This document shows positions 50,627 through 64,000 of a stretch of DNA of 64,000 nucleotides, one piece after another. The stretch spans positions 10,117,525-10,181,524 of the forward strand of contig OZ316896.1 in NCBI GenBank assembly GCA_973895155.1, written 5' to 3'. Source of the stretch: Marsupella aquatica (Eukaryota; Plantae; Marchantiophyta). Within the stretch, counting starts at the first letter, position 1, and each line of letters begins with the position of its first letter. A model generated the notes under the pieces. The model ran no database searches, was not told the origin of the DNA, and saw only the letters and a program-made list of their open reading frames with translations. A program made the position numbers and the translations under genes.

Positions 50627-53600
50627 ATGCCTCCTTTCTTCACACGCACAGTTTCCAAGGTCTTGTTTCTATGAATCATGCTGCAATCTTGATTTCGCGG
50701 CACGTTATGGATCGAATTTGGGCAATAAATCACTGAGTTGTGTGCTGCTGTACTATACGACCTCCCTGGGATGAATTGGTTTAAGAACAGGTGTAGCGGA
50801 AATTCAATGCAGTTTGTCGACACATATTGATCAATTCTGTGGCTCAAACATGTTTACAGATCTATAGGAGGATAGTTGCTGAGATAATCATTGAACTCCC
50901 CCTCGTCTTAGAAAAATGGAGATTCATACTCTTTGGAATTTTTTGGCAGGTTTGTTACTATTCTTTTCATTGACGTTCTTGTCACGTTGAATAAGAAATT
51001 GCTAGTTGTCTTCCATGTCCTCCTCGTGATTTCTTCCATTCAAGCTATACATTTTCCGATGGTATGCCTTTCAAACACACTTTCACTGCGTTTTGCAGTA
51101 TTTACATGGAGTGGCAGCACGCATTGCGCACTATTTACATCAGCCTGGGCCTATCCTTCACGATATTGGATTCGACCTGTTGCCAGTGAGTCTCTGGGAA
51201 TTCGGAGACTGTCTGTTCCCTACGTCTTATTGCCTACGTCTGATTGCCTTCAAGGCCTTTGTTCTCTGACTGGATTTGAACCGGTGCTGGGCTAGAACTT
51301 GAGTTGCTCTCCAGAATTACAACTACTTGCGCTCGCAGGGTTGTGACTCCTATTGGGGAAATTTCTTTTCATCCAACTTTTTTCAAGCGCCAAGTTAGAA
51401 ATGTGCCCGATGCAGGTTCAATGTAATTACAGAGCAAAGTCGTTGTTAGCTTTATGAGTGGCATAACCCTTTTACCAACATGCGTGTTGCTGCTTCTTTG
51501 AAGATGCAGTTAGAGCACGAGTTGGAAACCTCTCTGTACGATTCAATTCAAAATTCCGTAGTTTGAACATCTCAGCAGGACCTTGTCACACCTAAAAGTT
51601 ACAGCAATGGTGCACAGTCCTATTCACAGTGAAGTTTAATTAGTAATCTTGTGGTGTTCTCTCTGCGCTACGTAGGAGCTCGGACCTGACAAAGCTTGGA
51701 TCAGTGAGATGGTATTTACTTTCATATTTACGACTTTTGTCCTGGTGAGTGCGTGCTTGCAAATGACTTTGGGTCAAATGGAAATGTCGCCTTGGTTAGG
51801 TCGGAATCTTTGGAAGACGACGATGACATATTGAACGCTGAAGAGATCTCCTGTCGTACACATATGCTTCAGCAGGGTAGTTTGAAATTGAGAAACAGGG
51901 AAGAGCTTAACGCTCAGTATTTGTCCAGTGCTCATTCCAATCAGAATAGGGAATGCGTTATCTAGCTTTGTTCTATCAAGATTCCGGTGTACGATTAACC
52001 AATGTGGTCAGCTAGTTTTGAAGTAAGAAATTCTTTTAGTTTGGACCTCATGTGTCTCGCTGACCAGGAGGGTTGCTCTTGGTTTGTATGCAGTGGACAT
52101 TCCACCCCTTTGTGTTCCAAAATAAGCGATTCTACACGGTTTATCTTTGGTACAGAGTCCTAGCAATGCTAGTGGTAAGAATTTTTGTTATTGTCAATGC
52201 AATTGCTCATATTTGTCTTAGTTTCAAGCGAATTGCTGTTCTTATGCCACTTATTTGGTCCAGCTATTATGGAAGATAAATTTATTTTTATTTGCTACGG
52301 AGCTCACTACCTATTTTACGCCTTGAACAGATAGCACAAGCTTTGAGAGTTGTCTCATTTCTGGTCACGCAACTTCCAGGTCCCAACTACCATTGTCGTG
52401 AGGTATACCCGTTCAACGTCCTGTTCGTAATTCTCCGCTTATAATGTTTGTGCAATGTGCTGTCGAAGAAACCATCGCTGTTATTCCTATATTTGTTCAA
52501 TCCAGTCGTATTCCATGGCAGTAGACATCTGGACCCGAACCACATGTACCTAAAACTTCTTTCCAGATATATGGTTGATACTTGTATATGTACTTAGCAT
52601 TGTTGGGGTTTAGATCACAATCTGACATCTAACATTGAAGTTGACCTGCACGTGCCTTGGAATCTCAGGGCTCTCCTGCAGCAACCCTGCCACGTCCTGA
52701 ACACATCACGGATATTCTACTTCTCAATTGTGAGTTTCAATCTGTGGATCTCGTATCGAAATAAATGCATCAATGAGTGGCGTGGTTGTTCCTAAGATGT
52801 TGATTATTTTTACACTGTCCGTCTTATTTCTGAAGATAACAGGTCTACCAGATGATGATGTTTTTCTGTGAGCTTATGAGCTTAAAATAATAGTTCTTGG
52901 GCTTAATGTTTGATATTGTTGTTGGCACTAATTTGGTTTTATATTTTGGATTCTCAGTCCCATATGGAGTAATTTATGGATGCGGCGACCTGATATTTTC
53001 ATCGCATATGACCTTTGCAATCACTTTTGTCCATGCCTATGCAAGATATGGCACCAACAAGTGAGTCATTACCTAAGACCTTCTCAAGCTCTGGCAGTAG
53101 TGCACATCATGGGGCCACTACAAAAGTCCTTGTTTATTACTTCCTTTGTGACCAGATCCAGTATATCTCAAATATATCTACCAGAGAATTTAGAAATTAG
53201 AAACTTGGTTCAGCAGCACCATAATTGGCTTCTGCCGATAATTAATTTGTGATTTGAGCTGGTGAAATGCTCTAGAACCGTTTCTTCGGTTGTGGTTCTA
53301 ACCTTTACGAGAGACCCTTTATACTAAAACATTATGCAATGACCCTACAGGTGGATTAAGCGCGCAGCTTGGTTGTTGGTAATCATCCAGAGTCTGCTCA
53401 TCATTGCATCCCGGAAGCACTACACAGTGGATGTCGTCATTGCTTGGTGAGTCCAATCTGGCTGCTTCTCTCGAGTTTCTGTCATGTTGATCTACGTCTA
53501 ATCTCTTTAGTGGTGGTGGGAGCCTTCAGTTGGACGTGCTTGGTCGGTCTTAATATTTTCATGGGAGAACAATATGGGGGTGATTGCCTCGTTAAACGAT

Positions 53601-54757
53601 ATCTTTTGTGCAAGAAAAATAATGAGTTAACATGTGGCACCCGATCGGCCGCTTAAAACTAGTGGTTCAGGTCTCTCCATGGACTCTGAAGCCATCAAAC
53701 TTATCTCGACCTTAGCTATATTGGAGTTTTTATTAAGTAACAATCCAGCTAAATTTACTCTGATGGAGACGATATTCCGCATGATTACGACCTCTAGTCG
53801 TTTGGTGTTTTGTGTGGTTGGATGTTAGAAATGACATCAGCAGACACTAAGTTCCCTTATGTTCATTGTCCACTTGCGAACATTCAGTCTTCAGCAAGAG
53901 GACCAATAGTTAATGAAGGCGGCATCTTGTCTGTCACCAGTTGTTACGTTTGATGGAGTCCAGAAAGACTCGTTTTTGTCGGGTCTGTTGAATTTTGCGT
54001 CGTCTTAGGTATGGACAAGTAGTTCTGTTTCAGAACATAGTGTGCATATGTTACACGGAGATTTGAAGATTGGCTTTTGGATGTCTGTTGTAATGCAGGT
54101 ATGTCGTGATTCTCCTATTCAACTATGTGGGCCGAAAGTTTTATGATCCAGGTAAGAATATTTGGATTTCTTATCACTCACTTCTCGGCGTCACAACCGA
54201 TCAATTGATTTTGCCTGATAGCTAATAAACTCTTCTTTTGCCACGTTCTTACAGAGGTTATGGATAGAACAAATGACCAAGCACTTCCTAGGAGAAATGG
54301 CCGAAACAAAGAAGATTTCACAAAACTCATGACAAATGGCCACACAGGAGCAGACCATTGGGATATTGGGGTAGGTCTTCCTCACAACCCGTTGTTTAGT
54401 GAAGTAGGTTGACATCTGTGAAGTTCCTACTGGCGGTTCGTCCAATTTCTTCTTGTCCAAGATATGCCTAGGATGGGAACTACTGCACAAAATGTGGTAA
54501 GAAATAATAATTTCATACATAGAACTTCGGAGCTAGCAGTAGGAAAGTAAAATTGGAGGGTCGAAGTTACGGTAGGGCCTGTCTGAAGGGCATGTTGAAG
54601 AGCATCATATTCGTTGCGAGGCAATGACCTAATTCTTAGTAAATGTAAGCTCATCTCCCTGACATCAAAGTGCTGTGGTTGTCTAACATTGCAGAGACCA
54701 AGAAATGGAAAGATTTCGGAGGATGGGAGCACTATCATGATAGACATAGCTGGTTGA
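50627..54757 (+). CDS. IPCS: Inositol phosphorylceramide synthase (IPCS/ERH1-like). Exons: 50627-50659, 50860-50949, 51099-51185, 51676-51744, 52094-52174, 52331-52402, 52669-52729, 52958-53060, 53351-53446, 54099-54151, 54255-54370, 54695-54757
   Basis: Spliced translation: [113 protein letters not shown] and RKHYTVDV are the IPCS catalytic motifs. All junctions are GT/AG and in phase. Confidence 0.92.
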
Positions 54758-55902
54758 GTGGATATTCATTCCTGGGATTGTCTTCCGGCACCGTTAAAGC
54801 ACTTGAATGGCAGAATGTTCATACATGGGACATTGTCTTATTCATATTACACTCAGGCAGGGTGCAATGACTATTGATGTGAAGGCTTACATGAGCTGTT
54901 TAGAGAAAACCCTCCTCTCCATAAGTAAGCCCCAAGTATACAGCCCTTTATCCTCGTGACTTACAAGGAGCATGAGAAGCCACTGAAGATGAGAGCTGGA
55001 AACTCAGATGGGTTATTGAATATGGCCAACCTTGATGATTCTCTTGTTACCTCTTGCGGTGCATTGGGAGAGCTGATGGCTATGGGTTAAACCACTCAAA
55101 TTCTATTCACTGCGAGGGAAATGGATGAATGCGCCTATGGAATCATTTATATGATTTGATTCATATCCACTGAAGTCTACAGCGATATATTCTTGTCTGA
55201 ACTGCCCAGATCTGGAGTGTGTGTAAGCAATTTGTAGTGGAAGTGTAACGGGATCACAGCGGTTAGCAGTCGACCTCCATTTTCAGTGATCAATTTCCTT
55301 TGACAAATGGAAAAAAGGCTTGTGACAAATATCACCTGAGGTAAACGCTCTGGATGTACAGAAGCTGGAGCGTGAAGCATGATGCTGATGCTTTGGTGAT
55401 ACGCACGTGACTAATTGATCTTTAGTTTAGTCATTTTATTGATGCCATAGCTCTCGTGCTCTGTCCTAAGATTAGAACACAAGAAATGGAAAACGACTTT
55501 CTACAAATCTTGACAGGTCGAGTTCTGAGGATAGTAAAGCAATTTTCGCCAAGTGCATTTGGTGTTCCGGATAAAGCTGAAGGTCACAGCGTGGTTCTGA
55601 GTCAATACAAGGTGTGTTGAAAGCTTTGTTATGGAATACTGCACCGTCTCAGTGGAAAATGTGAGCCCTTCTTTATCCAAATTGACCCGATGGATTCTTT
55701 GCCAAATCAAATTTGAACAAGACGATGAATAGAGGTTGTCTACTTTTCAATTGGTTGGCAAACACACCAAGAAGTTGAATTTGGTCTGGGGAAGAAGCTG
55801 CATTGAGCTGTGATTGGAGTTGCAATCTGAACGCGTATATCCTGGTAGCTAGTTGTAACTTTGCATGGCAGACGGGCAATTCGTGCACAACGTTTGTTTT
55901 GC

Positions 55903-56070
55903 TGTAGTTTGTCTCACCAGGTGGACAATTGAGAATAGCCATGACACAAGCCACGTCCAGAATTGCCAAGGTGTAGTTTGTCTCATCAGGTGGACAACTG
56001 ACGTTAGCCATGACACAAAAGCCATGTCCAGAATTCCCTAAGTGTAGTTTATCTCACCAGATGGACAATT
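55903..56070. repeat. ~2.5 copies of a ~70-bp unit
   Basis: GTAGTTTRTCTCAYCAGRTGGACAA recurs three times. Confidence 0.8.
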
Positions 56071-59000
56071 TTTTTCCCTAACTCTTGAATTCAGAAATCG
56101 CTGGGGGGTCTCCATGAAGCTTGTAGGTTTGGTGAATTTTTGTTCAGTGGTGTCATTTCTTATGTTTGGGACTGGGGAACAACTTCATTGCTACCTAGCT
56201 GGTAATACTTCTTGGGGAAAGTTGTGCTGTTTTGGTGAGCTGAACTTTAGGGTTTAGGGAAAGAGTGCGACAGATCTTCTATCCTTGTGATATGTATTAT
56301 TTTATTGTGTTGGACAAAATCTCATATTCATTACAGGGTGCTCGAGCTGGTAGTGATTACATATGTTACAGCTCACTTTAGGCTTGAGGAGTGGCCCTTG
56401 GCCCCTGATGCACAAATAAATATAGGATTTTTTACTTGGGTGTAATGGAAGATTTATAGATTTTTGTTGAAGAACATTAAGGTTGTTTCAATGTTATAAA
56501 AACCTTTTAAAAATCTTTTTAGGGGTGTTTATTACCCAAAAATGTTACATGTGATACGTGACTTCCTTGGAGTGAAGCCCCTAAGACTCACAGAGTGAGA
56601 ATATGACCCCCCTGAGGAGGTTACCCTGCACATCAAACCTTGCTTTTTCTGGAAGCCTCTTACCCTTCCCATGCATTGTGAATGTTACCAATTTGTTTGC
56701 GAAGTTCAAGTGTTGATTGATACCTGAAGTTGGTGGTTGTTGTCATGTGAGAAGCAATAACCACCCTTGCAGCCAAGTTTGTCTCAAAAGTTGATGGTAG
56801 GTATGGCACAAATCTGGAAGCTGCAAAATGAGTGGGCATCACATGGGTAAAGGCCATGACATTGCAAGCCATCCACTGTACACTAGTGTCTCTAATGTTG
56901 GGCACCCATCTCCCCAACTAACCCTCATTATGAGGTTTTATGGATGGATTTACAATTTTCCATGTTTTGACATGGGTTTTCAATAAAGCAATGGGATAAT
57001 TTCACACATTTTGAGACACGGTGACACAATCTTCCACAATTTTTGTTTTCATGGGGTTCTGTTTTCATGGAAGTACCATATCTTGTACTTCGATATGGTT
57101 TTTCAAAGTGGACCTTACTTTTCACATATGTTCTTTAAATATGTGTACACAATCACCCTTATATATCATAGGTTTCAACAAAGTAATGCGTTGTTTCACC
57201 CACATGATACATACGTGGGTTCTGTACCCAATCTCTACAACACATTTTAGGTGTGCACACATTGTTGTATGCATTTTAATATGTTTCCATGTGTTTTCAG
57301 AAAAGTACATCACAAAATGTTGAGTTTGAAATCTACTATGTTCATTAAATTGGATGACAAAAGTCTGCAAATTACCTTTGTACTAGAGTGAAGCCTCAAG
57401 ACCCATAACACTGGGTACAGGGCACAACATTAGGAGTAAGTACCATATGGCCATAAAAAAGATAAAAGATAAAAGAAAAATGAGCCGTATTGCATGTGAT
57501 CTGCCCCCACCCTTCACATCTTCCATGACCGTTGGGCACAATGTCCGCTGTCAAAAGACCTATCAGGGGGAGGCGTTCATACTGGATACTGATTTGAGCA
57601 TTTTGTGACCTGGAGCAATGTTCACTCAATTTGATGACAATGGAAGGTAGCATGTGTTAGTTGATTAAATAACATTGTAGAGACAAAGAATGGTTTGTAT
57701 TAGTGATAATGCTTGGATGGGCTTAAGTTCTGTCATTGCTGTGCTCCCTTGTTGTGTGCTTTGGCCCCATGGGTTTGTTTTTCTCTGTACCATAGTCTTG
57801 TGTAAAACAGTGGAATTTTGCCGGGGTCCCAGGCCTAGAAAAACAGACATTTGAATTCAAACACATTCAACGTCTACTTAACACAATGCTTGGACACTGT
57901 GTTCTAATTGGACGTTGTGTTTGAGTTTTGACTATAACCTGTTCTCCCGCCTGTTCTACACTGAGTACAAAAGATACAAAAGCATGAATCATATGATAAC
58001 TCCAATATTCAAACACAAAGCAATGTTCGAACTCAATGCCCGTTTTTGAACACACTGCCATGCAAGTACCAACAAATGAAAACAGATAGTCATGGTCAAA
58101 ACTCAAATACAACATCCAGAGTGCACCATTAATAGGGCCCCATGGCCCCCACTATTTGTGTTGGCCTGCTATTTTGTTGGAAACCTCTTTACTCGTAAGC
58201 TAAGATAAGGCTGAACTGGTGACAGCGTGCTGCTAGGTTAGGATTATAATTACAGTAGGGCGCCGCAAGTCCTTTGTCCCTAATGCTTACTTTACAGGAA
58301 TTACTTTAGCTGTTAGATTTAGGTCTGCTAGTTTATTTAGCCATTGATCTTCCACCTATTCAGGACCTTCCGGCCCCTATTTATTCTGCCCGCGGAGGCA
58401 CCTTCAATAACACAACAGTTAGAGACTTCCTCTAACATATTTGTGTTCAGCTGAAAACGGTACTAATGTGTGGCAGATTGATACTTTGCCCACTTGAAAG
58501 AGGAACACTCTGGTACCTCATCCCTGAGTAAAATTAAAGTATCTCTTTTAATTAAGACAACAAGGAAAGAGTAACACTCCAGGCTCTAATAAATGTCTAC
58601 CTTAGGCCCCATTCGATGCCGAATCCTAGCGGTTGAGCACCACAGCGAGCTTTGTCTAATCACCCATTATCCAGTCTATTGACTGCATATCCTGCCACCA
58701 TAGCCAACAAGAGTCTTTCTCTCCTCCCTGCTTTGCGTGAGAACTCTTCTCCGTTCAACTGAAACTGCACCCATTTCATTTCGTGTCATTGTTGTGTTTG
58801 GAGAGCCAGCAGAGATGCAGAATTCCATCGCTGCTTGGCCGTTATCGTCCCCCGTCATCGGACCCCACTTCTCTTCTGCACCCAGAAACCTCCCTGGATG
58901 TCAATGGAGACAGCACGATTGCAGCAGAGCTTCCAGGCTCCCAGGCTCGGTCTCTCTCGGTGAATCTCTGCCTGGAGACAGACATCCTGCTGCCTTTGTC

Positions 59001-61604
59001 GTCACGGCCTTCTTCGGAGGCAACAAAAGCCCTCCAGTCAAATCTGTGAGTCTTCCAAAACAAGATTAGCTGCATTCATCTGTCTCTCTTGACCGTCTTG
59101 GAGTTCTCCCAGAAATTAATTTATTTCTGGGGAGGCCTCCATGGAATTTTGTTTCCTGTGGATGGGATAGAAATGATGGAATTGTCGCCATTTCAATGGC
59201 CGCACTGCAAAGCAAGGGTTCTCACATGATTGCCGCTTGTGGCCCTTGAATGCAGGCTGGAAAGGGCTGCTTCGGCTGCCTGGGAAAGGGTGCGGTGGAC
59301 TGTGCCGGGTGTAAGGTTGTAGACCCTGCACACTCTCTACCACTTAGTCCCCTTAGAGCAAAATGTCCGAGCAATGTATGATGAATTGTTCAGTAAGAAA
59401 CCGGCGGGGACGTTTTTTATGCGTTCGTTTGTTAGGGAATGGTTTTTTGAAATGGTTTTTTTAGTCCTAATATCTGTAGAGTCACAGGTGAGCACAGTAG
59501 TCCCTGAGATGGAGAACACATTAATATATATATCACATGAGTGGAAGATTCACAGCTGAGAATGTGAATGTCTACAATTTTCTCTCGCGATGTGATTCAT
59601 CAACTCTTGCAGATAATTGACTTGACTTGTAAGTTCAGGGTCTGGTCTGTTGTCAGAAAGTCTGTTTGTCCCTTCAAAAGCGGTTCTAGTCGAGATTTCT
59701 CCTTCAAATCAGCATGGAAACTGTCATATGTGCTTTGCTATTTACCTTCTATGTTGGTTTGCAGGGCACCGGAAAGAACAAGAAGAATGGAAACATGTTT
59801 GAGCGCTGGAAGTAAGTGCAAAACTCGATTTGATTCATGAATCTTTACTTTGAAATTGTGCTTCCTGCCAGCGTTGACCCTCTTGCTGTAGAAAGAATCG
59901 CTACAACACGGTGCAGTGTACATTTAGTTGCGTAGATCAGTGCTGGAATAAGGTAAAAGGACTTGAAGCAAGAAGAAAACCTATTACGCATTTGATGTAG
60001 GCATTTGATGGGAATTGCTGAGTACAAAAAAGTAGGTGGGCTCGGTTGCGGACGAAGGAGTGGAGCTTGTTCTAAGGAATGGTTTTGTACGCAGATGCTA
60101 TGATTGTCAGGGCTTTGGTATGGTATCTTGTCCAAAGTGTGGTACTGGGGGATTAACCCCTGAGCAACGTGGAGAGCGATGACGCCATGTTCAGTCATAT
60201 CAGAGGTGGCAGGTTGAAGACTTGTGATCTTGTGAGATACTGTACTTGCTTGTAGATATATGTACCATGTTAGGATTTTTCAGTAAAAATATTATGCAAC
60301 GCAGCAAAATACATGAAACGAAATGGTCTCCGCAGCAACTGAAACATTTGAAATTCTCATATAGATAGGATCTTCATGACGTATTCCTTGGAGCTGTAAT
60401 TTGTTCGACCTTGAATAAACATCCTTGGAGGCTACGGATAATGACTTCGGCACTTCATGGCTCGAAGGCAGACTGGATCGTCTTGCACTGACTCTCAATT
60501 GCCGTGATAACTATTGAAGTCTGAATGTCTAGAAAATTTTGGAATCAGGACTTGAAGATTTTGCACATGCTCACAAAAGTCGTAGAGCATAGGTATTTTG
60601 GCTGGATTGTGGTATTAAGACACAAGCAGTATCCAAACCAAACAGTTATTCCCGGAAATGTCCTCCAATTGGACTTCTGTTTCCTTGCTGGTAAGTGAAA
60701 CTGCCGCAATTTGTTTATTTTTGCTGAATATCTTGTCCTACTCCAGCAAGTAAATTGTTCAGAGTTGTGTACAAAGATCAGAAGGTCAAGTGTCAAAGAG
60801 AGCTTCTCTGTCTCAGTATTTCTGATACCTCGCTTCTGCATCAAGGACTTGTACTTCTGACATCAGACGTGATCCTGTGTTGTAATCAACTCGACCTGAA
60901 AGCTGCCGTCTCATTCAGAAATTGATCTGTATATGCAAAGCAAGCCATTGCATCTAGAATTTAGCCATGCAATCCTGTACGATCAAAAACTTACCAGTAT
61001 GAATTTGTGTGCTTTGCATGCTCTGGTCTTGTCACATCTCCGTTTCCAATCTCGTCACTCGCACTGCAACTGCTGCTGAGCTGTAGCAGACGGACACGCA
61101 GTGTGTTCAGACATTCTTCCCCGAGCGACATCCAAGCGCAATGCATTCAGTTTTGGGGGGGCGCAATCAGCGGCACAAGCATTCTATGAGGCGTTTTTTG
61201 TTGGTCGAGAGCATGGAGCAATGCCAGGAGTTGGGGACGAGCAGCAGCAGGGAGTAGATTTCAATACGAAAATTAATTATCATTCAAAAACTAAAAAACA
61301 ACAGGAAGGTGCAAAAGCACCAAAGCACTTGGATCACAACCAACATGGAAGCAGGGTGTGAGAACAGTTTGGGCGCGAGGGTCAGCTCATTAATGATATC
61401 GTTAACATCGATGGGTCTAATGCCCACGCTGAACTACTCGTTAATATGGTCGTATCTTTAGAATCCAAACAGCTCACAATCACCTAAATGTATTGAATGT
61501 CCTATAGTCAGATGGGCAGAAACCCACCATCACAAGCCACCAAACACTCACAAACCACTTGGTTGGCCTGTAAGAGACTTCGTTCGAGTTAGGTGTCTGC
61601 GACT

Positions 61605-62125
61605 AAATCTTGATCTGACTGGATTTGAGCTATGTACTCGAGCGCACCAAAACTGGGTATAGACGGGACGGGCAGTGATATTTTCGGGTTCTCAGATTTG
61701 AGAGGGGTCGCAGAATTGTGTGAAAATCACAAATCTTGATCTGGCTGTGGATATGAGCTATGCACTCGAGCGCACCGAAACTGGGTATAAACGGGTAGTG
61801 ATATTTTCGGGCTCTCAGATTTGAGAAGGGTCGCAGAATTGTGAATTGTGTTCGCAGAATTGTGTAAAAAGTGCAAATCTTGATCTGGCTGTGGATTTGA
61901 GCTATGCACTCGAGCGCACCAAAACTGGGTATGGACAGGCAGTGATATTTTCGGGCGGGCTTTCAGATTTGAGAGGGGTCGCAGAATTGTGTGAAAATCG
62001 CAAATCTTGATCTGGCTGTGGATTTGAGCTATGCACTCGAGCGCACCGAAACTGGGTATAGACGGCAGTGATATTTTCGGGCTCTCAGATTTGAGAGGGG
62101 TTGCAGAATTGTGTGAAAATAGCAA
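61605..62125. repeat. Four-copy ~125-bp tandem repeat
   Basis: Units start AAATCTTGATCTG at 61605, 61731, 61875 and 62002. Confidence 0.9.
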
Positions 62126-63710
62126 AGTGATTCAATGACCACACTGAAGTCGGGTCCTCTCTTCCTAGCAGTGGGCCCTCAGTTATGGTCACGACTCCTG
62201 AGCGTGACTGGTCAGGCCTCACATTTTCGGGGCTCACATTCACCGCCTGACCAGTCGCTCCCGCTCAATGTACAAACGTTTAGGAAGGCTACAGGGCGAG
62301 CCTTGATTTTCAGTAAATTCGTATATAGGTTTCAATTAATCCAACGGACTCTGGAGCTGCCCAACTGTCCAGGTCGCGGCCATTCTTAACCCAAGGCCAC
62401 CGTCGAGGTGAGAGTCGGATCTCTGCTCTTCGACTTTTAAGGTGAATGCACTCTCAGGGAATGGGAAGCTCCTGGTCGAGAGTAGAACTTGAGCGAGATG
62501 GAACAAAAGCCGAGCTAACACTCACAGAGTCGTCTCCTCCAAGAGGTTTATCGATAGATGTTGCTCTGTGCGGCCACCTGGTTCTGGTCCACTCGATGTC
62601 GTGGAGATCACTTTGTGCCCAAGCTTCATCATATGAGTAGGAGCCATCGACCGTCTTGTAATTCACAATAGTCGTTCTCTTTAGCAATCTACTAAGGCCT
62701 TCTAACTTCCTTTGCTTTCGCTCGCATTATCTAAAAATTATCATAACTCACTAATGTGTGCTCAAACTAGCAATCGAATATTTCGATACTTTGATTTTGT
62801 CCATCACTATGATTCAAAGAGCTCAGCCATTTTCAGATACTCACCCCAATCCCCGGTTTCCACCCGCACCCCAAAATTCAATTTACACCGCGAGGGCCAC
62901 CATGTAGAGTGAAGAGTAGATTCACTTGACAATTAAATATTTAGATTTGACCTCGCACCATTCCCTCCTACTGTCATGATCCACGTAACAGTGCCATGGC
63001 TCAGTGGGCAGGAGATTTGACAACCAGACTCTAGAAAGCCATCTCAAATTTCTTACTAGTTCAGTCATGACAAATGAAATTGTCTATATGAAGTGGCCCA
63101 CTAACGAATGAGTAGAAATCATAGAGGAAATTCTCTGTTGACAAAATGTCTACAAAGGTTGCACGACAAACTATGTCCATAACATTATAAATCCAACTAG
63201 TTCCAATGACGGTCGGTTCTGCTCTGAAGCTAACGTGAGCTACACCTTGTCTTGCGTACATTGAACGTCACGAACATTTCATTGACAAAATTTAGGTAGC
63301 TCATTGCAGCAAAGTGCCAGAATTGATGAGTGAGAACATTTCCCCAAACCTGGTTACACTGGGTAAACACATTGATATTAACTGGTAACGAAGGTTGACC
63401 TGGATATATATACAGGTGACAAAGCGAGCATAGAAGGCCCTAACTGGTTTACCAGAGTCGTGACTTAGAACAGAATCACTTCAAGATCTGAAAGCAAACC
63501 AATCAGGGTCTAGAATGGGCCCTACAGGTAACCTAGGGAGAGTAAGTCTTGACACCCCTTCAACTCTGCTACACCTACAGCAAAGCGTGTAAATGGGGTG
63601 ATCATGAAAAAATCTGAGTTGCTGAAATTGAAATGCCTCGTATGTGGTTTGTTTATGAGACTGATGATGCCTTTTCGTTGGAAGGGTTTATAATACACGC
63701 CCGAATATAC

Positions 63711-63769
63711 CATGTTGAATTGTGCTGCTTCCAGAGCACAGTGCGAGTCCCCTGTTCTACAATTCGCCC
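63711..63769 (-). other. Possible isolated exon resembling the C-terminal end of an ABC-transporter nucleotide-binding domain
   Basis: tgtgcag|GRIVEQGTRTVLWKQHNST|gtatat resembles GRIVEQGTHxEL, but the His is absent and no other ABC exon is visible; the rest of the gene would lie beyond the window end. Confidence 0.25.
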
Positions 63770-64000
63770 CTGCACATTCGAAACATAAAGCTAATTCAGT
63801 ACAGTCGCCTTGCAACCCACATCGGCCACTACGAAAGCTCTGGATACTTGGTATCACATTCACATCTTGGACAGTGGACCCCTTGTGCAGAAGAGATCCA
63901 AGTTGCCAATTCAGTGAAGCCTTAGAACGAAAACAAGAACTTGGTAACAGACGAAGCAACCAGAAAGAAAAGGAGGCTAGCCAAATCGGAAACAGATACC

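Noticed and set aside
56246-56259. Telomere repeat TTTAGGG x2
   Set aside because: Only two units; too short to call an interstitial telomeric array.
58300-59340. Possible LINE relic on the minus strand (GHKRQSC knuckle-like, DWIMGD endonuclease-like)
   Set aside because: Only two short motifs amid stops and frameshifts; needs a translated HMM search.
63522-63959. 145-aa minus-strand ORF
   Set aside because: Non-ATG start and no recognisable family; the only suggestive motif is in another frame.

Overview
Land-plant nuclear DNA, as shown by GT-AG spliced genes and plant Ty1/copia elements; the lineage is not determinable from sequence alone. The window holds two complete spliced genes: a SAC9-type phosphoinositide phosphatase (27336-36443, +, 14 coding exons) and an inositol-phosphorylceramide synthase, IPCS/ERH1-like (50627-54757, +, 12 coding exons). 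It also holds two full-length Ty1/copia retrotransposons 110 bp apart (12059-18553, very young; 18664-24894, decayed), a solo LTR and an inverted LTR relic (~45.8-46.6 kb), two MITE families and many tandem repeats. Main leads: (1) a multi-helix RNA structure with compensatory base changes in the copia 3' UTRs, present once in element 1 and twice in element 2; (2) a candidate two-exon secreted-peptide gene with a divergent CLE-like dodecapeptide, RVSASQRNPAHH (3597-4198, -), split across two ORF-track entries; (3) an in-frame TGA between gag and pol of the young element; (4) a MITE carrying tRNA-like Pol III A/B boxes. All coordinates were read by eye and no searches or folding programs were run.
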